A stretch of DNA of 64,000 nucleotides. Source: Eledone cirrhosa. Lineage: Eukaryota. Shown here one piece after another: positions 40,917 to 50,041 of this stretch (its first letter is position 1; each line of letters opens with the position of its first letter). The notes below the pieces were generated by a model that worked only from the letters and a program-made list of their open reading frames with translations, did not search any database and was not told the origin of the DNA. Location: assembly GCA_964016885.1 (NCBI GenBank), contig OZ024745.1, positions 16,244,001 through 16,308,000 of the forward strand. The letters are read 5' to 3'. The position numbers were made by a program, and so were the translations under genes.

Positions 40917-41013
40917 TTTGTGTTCACTTTCTAATTAAATAGCTCTGTTCTATACATAGAGCACTCTTTTTTTCTTTCCTTTTCTTCGGAATTACCTAAC
41001 ACACACACACACG

Positions 41014-41051
<38 letters not shown>

Positions 41052-41384
41052 AATTCAACTAGCTAGAAATAGCAGCTAAACCACTCTCAAATCATCCCTA
41101 CTGTCTGGAAAGCAGGTGTACGTTAGATGACGCAGTGAAAAAGTCAATATAAATATGTGAAATATTGAATGACCAGGTGTTGAATCAGGTGTTGATAAAT
41201 AACAAAAACGGTGATCAAATTTATATTACCTAGACAGACATAATTGAGAAGGTAAATTCTGACAGATGTATGCGAGGATTTAAATATGGAGCTGGCGTCG
41301 AAAATCTCGTTTCAAGTTGTTCAGATTGTTACAAGAATTCAGCACAAAGAGCAGCTGATTGTTTTTACCTGAAGAGACATATTT

Positions 41385-41456
<72 letters not shown>
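41385..41456. repeat. (TCTA)n microsatellite 5' of Tx1 copy 1
   Basis: Directly visible. Confidence 0.95.
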
Positions 41457-42281
41457 GAAACTCTAGGCGTAGAGGAGGACGAACTGGCCTGTCTGTTCGG
41501 TAGGACCTTCCGCCCGGGACCAATGGACAACATCCAAAAGTCCCTGGCCTGGCAGTGCTACCGAGGAGCTCTACCAGTTCGAGACGAGCTCTACAGACAC
41601 GAGCGCCCGGGTAGGGACCCTTCGAAAAAGATCTGTCCGAGATGCGGGCGCGACGAGGACACCGTCGCACACGCATTTGTACACTGCCCGGGCGTTACCG
41701 ATCTGTGGGGCTATGTAGAACAACTATTGTCGCGGGTGGGACCAATCCAGTTGACCACCGAGTCCATTGTCATGATCAAATCGCCACCCTCCTTCAAAAA
41801 CGAGGGAGAGGCGGTTTTCCTATGTCTTATGGCTATGGTGAAAGAGGTTATATGGTGGACGAGGTTAAAAGGGCTGAGGTCAGACACCTTTCTCTCCGGC
41901 GAGCAACTGATTCGTTTTTTCAAATATCATTTTGGAAGAAGAATCAGGATGGAGAGAGAGGTGCTGTACTCCAGCAAATTTTATAAAAGGTGGGTGAATA
42001 TGGCAAAGATGGCCCGAGTGGTTGGGCCTTCTTTCTATATAAGCGTGTAGGTTGAGGAAAAAGAGGAAGAGAGGAAGGGAGTACTCACTCTTGGTGCTCC
42101 TGGAGATGATGGTTGTACAGTTTTTCGGGGTGTGTACAACCCCTGTGTAACACCTCCCCCCTATTGGGGATTTAAATTGTTATTTGTTATTGTATTAATA
42201 GTTTTATTTTCATATACCTGTATGTAAACTCCCCATTCGTATTTGTCCCCTTCTTTTGTGCCCTTGTGGCTAATAAAGAAA
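41456..42281 (+). mobile_element. 5'-truncated Tx1-clade LINE copy 1 (diverged subfamily): ORF2 C-terminus with CCHC knuckle and 3' UTR
   Basis: ORF 41523-42050 aligns with the last ~175 aa of ORF 43116-46577 (CPRC..DTVAHAFVHC). Ends ...GGCTAATAAAGAAA then TATCTATCTA. Confidence 0.93.
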
Positions 42282-42293
42282 TTTATCTATCTA

Positions 42294-42555
42294 GCTATTG
42301 TTATTTTATTGTTATTCTATTGTTATTTTATTACGTCCCTTTACGATCTGAGTTCAAATCCCGTCGAGGTTGACTTTGCCTTTCATCATTACGGGGTCGA
42401 TAAAATAAAGTACCAGTAATGCACTGAGTAATTGCTGGCCTTGTGCCTAAAGTAGAAACAGTTATTTTATTAATAGTTTTATTTTCATATACCTGTATGT
42501 AAACTACCTATTTGTATTTGTCCCCTTCTTTTGTGCCCTTGTGATTAATAAAGAA

Positions 42556-42556
<1 letters not shown>
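42294..42556 (+). mobile_element. Tx1-clade copy 2: 3' UTR terminus only, interrupted by a SINE
   Basis: 42468-42556 repeats 42193-42281 and ends AATAAAGAAA followed by (TATC)n. Confidence 0.85.
42334..42460 (+). mobile_element. 5'-truncated SINE with target-site duplication GTTATTTTATTA
   Basis: CTGAGTTCAAATCCC...GACTTTGCCTTTCATC...GGGGTCGATAAAATAAAGTACCAG, very similar to 61838-62236; direct repeats at 42322-42333 and 42461-42472. Confidence 0.85.
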
Positions 42557-42612
<56 letters not shown>

Positions 42613-42625
42613 TTCAGCAAACCCT

Positions 42626-42710
<85 letters not shown>

Positions 42711-42793
42711 TTCAGCAAACCCTTCTATCTATCTATCTATCTATTTCAGCAAACCCTTCTATCTATCTATCTATCTATTTCAGCAAACCCTTC
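42557..42793. repeat. (TCTA)n tract interrupted by four copies of TTTCAGCAAACCCTTC
   Basis: 16-mer at 42612, 42710, 42744 and 42778; the last copy runs into the Tx1 element. Confidence 0.95.
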
Positions 42794-43115
42794 GGTCCAA
42801 ACTGAAGGGCCAAACTTTATAACTGCTGTGGGACTACCTCATTTGAAAATGATAAAAGTCCCAATGCACTTGTACAAAACACTGAAAATAAATTTCACGG
42901 AGGACGTGGGCCCCCCCTGCGTCAAACCAATCAACCGCGTCCTCCTAAAAAATTTCACCCCCCCACCCCACCCAGACACCCACTCAACGACAAACACCCC
43001 AACCCCACAACACACCGATGCCCCTTCACTTCCACAAACCACAACCCCACCCAACAACCCATCCCCAACCAGCATGGAAATTGAGCGGCCCGTTTCCCGG
43101 GACGCAGAGAGGTAA
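42780..43115 (+). CDS. Putative ORF1 C-terminal fragment of the Tx1 element (Pro/Thr-rich)
   Basis: Frame is open from the 5' junction ([23 protein letters not shown]...) to TAA at 43113-43115, 24 nt before the ORF2 ATG. No domain recognised. Confidence 0.5.
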   Translation, partial: SANPSVQTEGPNFITAVGLPHLKMIKVPMHLYKTLKINFTEDVGPPCVKPINRVLLKNFTPPPHPDTHSTTNTPTPQHTDAPSLPQTTTPPNNPSPTSMEIERPVSRDAER

Positions 43116-43139
43116 GTGCCTTTTCTCTTTACCACCAAC

Positions 43140-46100
43140 ATGGCTGTGCTAAGAGTAGGGTGTCTAAATGCGCGTGGCCTGGGCTCGTCTTGGAAGCAAG
43201 CAATGCTTCTAAATGACCTCAGGTCACAATCTATAAATGTGATGGTTATCTGCGAGGCCCGGATCAGCAGCATCCGACAGCTAGCCCCCACCTTTGACGA
43301 CTTTGAGATGCACGCATCTCTCTGTCAGCCCGGAGGTGGGGGTGGGGTTGTCGTTCTGCTGCAAAAACATATGGGCCTTGCAACACAGATAGTTCACTTG
43401 GACCCAGGGGGTCGACTGGTGGTGCTGGACCTTGGCAGTGGTGAAGGTGGAGCCCTTAGGCTGATAGCCGCATATGCCCCTTTTGGGACAGAGCGGCCCG
43501 ACTTTTTCCAGCGTCTGGAGTCTTTTCTAGGGACGTCCCGTTCCCTGCTTTTAGTGGGGGATTGGAATGGTATCCTGGATGCACGTTGGGACTATGCAGG
43601 GGCATGTCCCGATAGAGAGGGGTGCAACAGCCTCAAGGGGTTACTCGGCCGATTTGACCTGGCCGATAGATTTCGACTAGATTTTCCGACGGTGCCAACC
43701 TGGTCTTGGTCAAATCGCAGCGGATCATCTAGATCGTACCTAGATAGATTTTTAGTTAGAAATAAGGACAGGGACTTTTTAAGTTGTCCAGAAATGCTCA
43801 TGGTTGGCTATTCAGACCACAAGTTGGTGACCTGCATGGTCAACCTTGATAGAACGCATAGACAGGGCCCCGGTTACTGGAAGCTCAACTTGTCCTTGCC
43901 GGCAAGTAGAACCTACAGGAATCGGATTAGTACGTTAGTTAAGGAACGGTTGACTGGAGCGATCGTCAACAGCAGGTGGTGGGTATCTCTAAAGAGAGAG
44001 ATTAGAGTAGTCTCGATTGAATTTAGTAAGGTTCTAGCTGCGGATAGGAATAGGAAGGAAAGGGAGCTAATAGCTAGAGTAGAAGAGGCAATTAGAAGCG
44101 GCGACGTGGCCAGAGTGCTAGCATCGAGAACGGCTTTGAGCCAGTTTTTCGACGCGAAGCACGAAGGCTGCGTTGTCCGAAGTAAAATACGTGCTCTAGG
44201 GAACGAGGGGGCCAAAGCTGTTAGCTGGGCCCGCGTGACAGAGGCCAACAGTGGAACTAAATCCACCATCCGGTCTTTGCGAGACCTGGATGGACGGGCG
44301 ATTCTTGAGCCTAAGCAGATGTGTGAGGCCTTTCAAAGGCACTTTGCCCGACTGTTCGGGAGGGGCGGGGAGCCGGTTGGAAACGTGGACTTCGGTCCAT
44401 ACCTCGACGGCCTGTCGCGCCTCTCGGACAGGGAGGCGAAGTCTTGCGAGGAGCCGATTTCGGCCGCTGAGATAGAAGACGTGCTGGGCCAATGCGGCAA
44501 ACGCAAATCCCCGGGTCTCGATGGTCTTCCTTACGAATTATATCTAGCTATGCCGGACTTGTTCCCCGATCTCCTCGAGGCGGTCTACTGCAACTGGCGA
44601 CAGAACGGGAGAATTCCCTGTACTGTGACCAAGGGCGTAGTCACGCTAGTCAGGAAGGACGAGAATAAGGGGGATGACATAGGCAACTTCCGGTCCATGA
44701 CTCTGCTAAATACAGAGTTACAGCTTTTGGCCAAGGTGCTAGCAAAGAGGTTGGCGCTTGTCGTGGGCAACCTGGTGGGAGATGCGCAGACATGCGCTAT
44801 CCCGTCCAGGTCCATCCATGACATCCTCCACCTCATGCGATACATCATAGAGAGGGTTGGGAACGAACCCGGCTTTGGTGGGGCTCTGATCAACTTGGAT
44901 CAATCTAAGGCGTTCGATAGGGTCGACCATGGTTACCTGGATGCGGTGCTAGCGGCGGCAGGCATCGGACCCGTTTTCAGGGGCTGGATCACTGCTATGC
45001 ACAGCAGCCGCATCTGCTCTAGGGTCAAGGTGAACGGCTACCTCTCGGAGCCGTTCAAAATCGCGCGGTCCATCCGACAAGGGTGCCCTCTCTCCTCCCT
45101 TCTGTATGTGTTGACTCTCGAGCCACTACTGCGGAAGTTGGAGTTGTTGCAGGGCATCCCTATGGAACCGGGATTGCGGAAAGCGGTGTCAGCCTACGCC
45201 GATGATGTGACAGTAATGGTGTCGACGGCCTCCGAAATCGAGGTGGTCGGCACCTTACTGGAGGAGTATGAAAAGTTCACAGGGGCTAAGCTGAACCGGG
45301 ACAAGTCGATCGGTTTGCAACTCGGCACGTGGAGGGGCAGACCGATGCCCTCCGATGGCGTCGTCGGACGCTGGACGGAGGGCCCGGTGAAGTTGCTCGG
45401 GGTCTGGTTCGGACCGGACCTCCAGGTGGAGAAAAACTGGGCGGAGGTTACGAACAGGGTGTTTGCACTGACCCAGAAGTGGGCCAGTTGCAAACTATCC
45501 CTGAAAGGTCGGGCGGAGGTGGCGAACACTTATATAGCGTCCGTCATCTACTACCGCCTGACCGTAGTGCCCTGCCCAAGGGAAACCCTCACCAAGATGG
45601 AGCGCGCGCTCTTCCAATTCCTTTGGAAGGGGCGGGCTCCTATGGTGAGGAGATCCATCTGCTGTCAACACCCTTCGAAAGGAGGGCTGGGGATGCCGTG
45701 GCTAATGATGCGTAAACACGCATTAAGGCTACGGCACCTCTACGTATTCCTCACCGGACAACCGGTGTGGGCCTCGTTTGTGAGACGAACCTTTCCCAGA
45801 CTCGTCTCACTCACCGAGCTGCAATCCTGGGTCAAGCAAAGACCGAGAAAACTGGGCGCCTGGCACACTGAGTGTGCCCAGGCGCTCACCGCCCTCTGGC
45901 AGGCGGATCCGGTTATCAGTGGAGACTCCACCGCAACATTCTATAGAGGGCTGGTACGCAGCAGGTGCGACGACGCCTTCGGAGAAGCCCTAGACATGGA
46001 GGAGGACGAACTGGCCGGCCTGTTCGGTAGGACATTCAGCCCGGGACCTATGGACAACTTCCAGAAGTCCCTGGCCTGGCAGTGCTACCGAGGGGCTTTA

Positions 46101-46577
46101 CCCGTTCGAGAAAGGCTCTACAGACACGGTCGCCCGGGTATGGACCCCGCCAAAAAGATCTGTCCCAGATGCGTGTGCGACGAGGAAACCGTTGCACACG
46201 CATTGGTACACTGCTCGGGCGTAGCCGATCTGTGGGGCTATGTCGAACAACTGCTGTCAAGGGTGGGACCGATCCGGTTGACCACCGAGTCTATTGTAAT
46301 GATCAAGCCGCCTCCCCCCTTCAAAGATGAAGCAGAGGCGGTGTTTCTGTGCGTAATAGCCATGGCGAAAGAGGTTGTATGGTGGACGCGTCTGAAAGGA
46401 CTGAGGTCAGGCACCTTTCTCTCTGGCCAACAACTGGTCCGTTTCTTCCGATATCATTTCGGAAGAAGGATCAGGATGGAGAGAGAGGTGCTGCACCCCA
46501 GTCGTTTTTATGAAAGGTGGGTGAAAGTGGCGAGAATGGCCCGTGTGAATGGGCCTTCTCTTTACATAAGCCTGTAG
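43140..46577 (+). CDS. ORF2 polyprotein: APE endonuclease + reverse transcriptase + CCHC zinc knuckle (1145 aa from ATG 43140)
   Basis: APE: VGCLNARGL, AAYAP, LVGDWNG, SYLDRFLV, SDH. Tx1/L1 linker GPGYWKLN. RT: KSPGLDGLPYELY, LDQSKAFDRVDH, IRQGCPLS, AYADDV. C-terminus CPRC..EETVAHALVHC. No stops or frameshifts. Confidence 0.96.
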   Translation: MAVLRVGCLNARGLGSSWKQAMLLNDLRSQSINVMVICEARISSIRQLAPTFDDFEMHASLCQPGGGGGVVVLLQKHMGLATQIVHLDPGGRLVVLDLGSGEGGALRLIAAYAPFGTERPDFFQRLESFLGTSRSLLLVGDWNGILDARWDYAGACPDREGCNSLKGLLGRFDLADRFRLDFPTVPTWSWSNRSGSSRSYLDRFLVRNKDRDFLSCPEMLMVGYSDHKLVTCMVNLDRTHRQGPGYWKLNLSLPASRTYRNRISTLVKERLTGAIVNSRWWVSLKREIRVVSIEFSKVLAADRNRKERELIARVEEAIRSGDVARVLASRTALSQFFDAKHEGCVVRSKIRALGNEGAKAVSWARVTEANSGTKSTIRSLRDLDGRAILEPKQMCEAFQRHFARLFGRGGEPVGNVDFGPYLDGLSRLSDREAKSCEEPISAAEIEDVLGQCGKRKSPGLDGLPYELYLAMPDLFPDLLEAVYCNWRQNGRIPCTVTKGVVTLVRKDENKGDDIGNFRSMTLLNTELQLLAKVLAKRLALVVGNLVGDAQTCAIPSRSIHDILHLMRYIIERVGNEPGFGGALINLDQSKAFDRVDHGYLDAVLAAAGIGPVFRGWITAMHSSRICSRVKVNGYLSEPFKIARSIRQGCPLSSLLYVLTLEPLLRKLELLQGIPMEPGLRKAVSAYADDVTVMVSTASEIEVVGTLLEEYEKFTGAKLNRDKSIGLQLGTWRGRPMPSDGVVGRWTEGPVKLLGVWFGPDLQVEKNWAEVTNRVFALTQKWASCKLSLKGRAEVANTYIASVIYYRLTVVPCPRETLTKMERALFQFLWKGRAPMVRRSICCQHPSKGGLGMPWLMMRKHALRLRHLYVFLTGQPVWASFVRRTFPRLVSLTELQSWVKQRPRKLGAWHTECAQALTALWQADPVISGDSTATFYRGLVRSRCDDAFGEALDMEEDELAGLFGRTFSPGPMDNFQKSLAWQCYRGALPVRERLYRHGRPGMDPAKKICPRCVCDEETVAHALVHCSGVADLWGYVEQLLSRVGPIRLTTESIVMIKPPPPFKDEAEAVFLCVIAMAKEVVWWTRLKGLRSGTFLSGQQLVRFFRYHFGRRIRMEREVLHPSRFYERWVKVARMARVNGPSLYISL

Positions 46578-46864
46578 GTGGAAAAGAGGAAGGAACGAGG
46601 GAGCACCCCCTCTCTGTGCTCCTGAGGAAAAGGGTTGCACACTTTTTTCGGGGGTGTGTGCGACCCCCCAAGGCGCCTCCTCTCTATTGAGGATTTTGTT
46701 AAAAATTTTATTTTTTGTTATATCTTATTTTATTTTTATATTTTGTTATTGCCTCCTCCTTATTGAGGACGCCTTTTTGTGTAAACTCCCCCCTTTGTAC
46801 TTGTCCCACTTTTGATGCCCTAGTGGCAAATAAAAGAAACTTATCTATCTATTTATCTATCTAT

Positions 46865-47200
46865 CTTTACATGAGCCTGTAGGTGGAAAAGAGGAAGGAA
46901 CGAGGGAGCACCCCCTCTCTGTGCTCCTGAGGAAAAGGGTTGCACACTTTTTTCGGGGGTGTGTGCGACCCCCCAAGGCGCCTCCTCTCTATTGAGGATT
47001 TTGTTATAAATTTTATTTTTTGTTATATTTTATAACAAAATCCTCTACTGAGGATTTTGTTATAATTCTATTTTTTGTTATATTTTATTTTATTTGTATA
47101 TATTGTTATTGCCTCCTCCCTATTGAGGACGCCTTGTTTTGTAAACTCCCCCCATTGTACTTGTCCCACTTTTGATGCCCTTGTGGCAAATAAAAGAAAC
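46865..47200 (+). mobile_element. Tx1-clade copy 4: last codons plus 3' UTR, with an internal fold-back duplication
   Basis: Near-identical to 46560-46840. Preceded by TATC repeats (46841-46864) and followed by (TCTA)n at 47201-47238. Confidence 0.92.
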
Positions 47201-47439
47201 ATATCTATTTATCTATCTATCTATCTATCTATCTATCTGTCTGTCTGTCTGTTTCATGTATACATATTCATGTGTGTATGTGTGTATGTATGAATGTATG
47301 TATGAATGTATGTATGTATGTGTTCTTAGTATTTGGTATAAATGGAGAGATAAATATTTAACCATATACAGCGATCAACAGAGAGATCAGTTAATAGATA
47401 GCTATATGAATAGAAAATACATACATATACACGCACTTA

Positions 47440-47672
<233 letters not shown>

Positions 47673-48019
47673 AGTTAGAGAAGCAAACAATTGCTTATTG
47701 TGATCCAGTTCTTGGTTAAGAAAGGCAGTTTCATGGATGGTTTCAACGTACGGTTAGGGGTAACTCCACAAGTTTGTAAGAATTCCGTTCAATCTTGGAG
47801 TATAAAGTATAAAAGAGAAACACAGGTAAGCATTAATGCTTACCTGTGTTTTCTCTTTTATACTATATATATATATATGTGTGCAATGAATAACACCAAC
47901 TATATAGATGTTTGAGTGTTCTACCTTCGGCGGTTTGGACGAGTGTTCTAGTTTTCTCATGAAATTAAAATACAAGTGTCTGAGCATTCCACAGATATGT
48001 GCAATCATGAGGTGACACA

Positions 48020-48195
48020 TTGTGTAACAAAGCTGGCCCCTTTGAATTACAGGTACGTCTCATGTTTTGCCAGCTGAGTGGAATGGAGCAACGTGAAATG
48101 TGTCTTGCTCAAGGATACAATGCACCGCCATCAATCGACATCACGACCATATGATAGTAAACCAAACATTCTAAACCACAAACTACACGGCTTCA
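48020..48195 (-). mobile_element. Degenerate tRNA-derived SINE
   Basis: GGAGCAACGTGAAATGTGTCTTGCTCAAGGA matches the 60066 and 38428 copies; tail motif CCCTTTGAATTACAGGTA. Confidence 0.7.
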
Positions 48196-48819
48196 TATAT
48201 CGATATACACTTACACTTATAGCCGTAGAATTTAGTTCTTGACAATTCATTCCTGAACACCTAGTCGTGTTTACCGGAGTGAACTCTTTGTATTCATTCC
48301 GGCCAAGTTTTCGGTTTAGTTTTAACATACCTCCCTCCTTGCCTTTCTCTAACCCACCAACCCGTCTTGAGCTCCTGAAATGGTTCATTGACTCTGCTTT
48401 TCCTTCCCTCACTAAACAATAATATATATATATATATATATTGTTATGCTTTGGGAGGGTCATGTTGCCAATAAGAAACACACGCACCAGTTGCTTTCAC
48501 TCCAATTTATTATAAATTAAATTTACAAATTTAAGAATTTATAAATTTCCGGTTGGTTGGTTCCACAACCCGACGGTTGTTCATATATTGTCAAAGTTCT
48601 TTCGTCACACATTATGTGACCTCTTGAGTGACTGGGAATTCTTTTGTTTGTTTTTGTGCCTCTCCTTTGTTCAACCTACGCCATCTTGTTTTTGTGTGTG
48701 TTGTGTGCTTAGTTTGGGCATATGTTACATCCGGGTGTCTGTGTGTGTTTAAAGCATAACAATATCGGTTTCAACACACGTTTTCAGATAAAGAATCTTG
48801 CTAAACAAATTCAGAAACG

Positions 48820-48865
<46 letters not shown>

Positions 48866-49077
48866 GAAAGGGTGCTGAAAAGTTCTTGGTTTTGGGTGAA
48901 GCAAAATACAGGAGGATCAGTTCATTATGATTTTATTCAGCATAATTCTCCTGTGATTCACACTCCTATTGCAGCGGCCTTTCAGTTTTGTAAGCCCTAT
49001 AAAAAGAACTTTGAAAATTGACCCTGCAACTAGGCCTCTGTAACAGCGATCGAGCCAGGAAATTTTCACCACTTCTC

Positions 49078-49111
<34 letters not shown>

Positions 49112-49744
49112 CGAAGGAAATGTGGTAAGGAACCAGATGGACCATAACGCACCAAAGTACTCAATACTTAGGGTAGTAGAGTGGGTAATAGGAACAAGTA
49201 TGACCCCGACGGCAGAGCTCAAGCTGTTTCGACGGCTAATTCTGGTTTAAATAAGAATTTTTAGCCTGGTAAATAAATAGCCGAACTTCTCAGGAGGTAA
49301 TTCCATATATGGGAAGATAGTAATTGTCAAAAGGATTGGTCAAAAGTTTGTTGTAAAGACAGATGATTCTATCATGGCATTTAGTGGGAGGTAGGGGTGG
49401 CTGAACTTGTCGGTAGAACAAAGAGGGAGTGGGGGAAACCCAGTCAAGCGTTATATATATATATATGATAATTAGTAAAATTCAAACGGAGGTCCCACTT
49501 CGAGGGGATACTAACTCTGTACCTAAACATGCATCGAATACTACTTAATTTCTGGTCTTGCCGGGCTGTGCAACGTATAGCGTTATAAATATATAGAGTA
49601 TCAGCAGAAAAAAGTCACTTATATGAGATGAACAGACAACTGCACCTCTACTTCGTCAGCCACCTAGCTGTAGTGCAATTTCGTGTTAAGGAAGGTGGTA
49701 TTGCGATAAAACAATATTTTATTCAGAGAAAGTGTATAGCGTTA

Positions 49745-49784
49745 CACACACGCACACACACACACGCGCGCACACACACGCGCG

Positions 49785-49846
<62 letters not shown>

Positions 49847-49868
49847 CACACACACCACACACACACAC
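49745..49868. repeat. (CA)n/(CG)n microsatellite
   Basis: Directly visible. Confidence 0.95.
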
Positions 49869-49978
49869 GAATTTGAGAGATAAAGAGCAGAGAGTTGAGC
49901 TGAAGAAGAGATTGAGAAAACAAGGAGAGTTTAGAAGAAAAGGAAAGCGACATAGAGGGAGAGGAAGACACTAAGTGA

Positions 49979-50032
<54 letters not shown>

Positions 50033-50041
<9 letters not shown>

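Larger units (their letters stand above)
42778..46840 (+). mobile_element. Tx1-clade (L1 superfamily) non-LTR retrotransposon copy 3: truncated within putative ORF1, intact ORF2
   Basis: Putative ORF1 C-terminus, full ORF2, 3' UTR ending GGCAAATAAAAGAAAC; (TCTA)n on both sides. Confidence 0.93.

Noticed and set aside
46622-46670. CTGAGGA plus stem in the Tx1 3' UTR as a hammerhead
   Set aside because: No GAAA after the stem, and the motif is not conserved in copy 1 (CTGGAGA).
43592-46671. Short antisense and alternate-frame ORFs inside the Tx1 ORF2
   Set aside because: Shadow ORFs of a GC-rich coding region with no recognisable motifs.
49217-49297. Minus-strand CTGAGAAG..CGGCTA/TAGCCG..GAAAC hammerhead-like relic
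   Set aside because: Core does not match CUGANGA and stem III is incomplete; too decayed to call.
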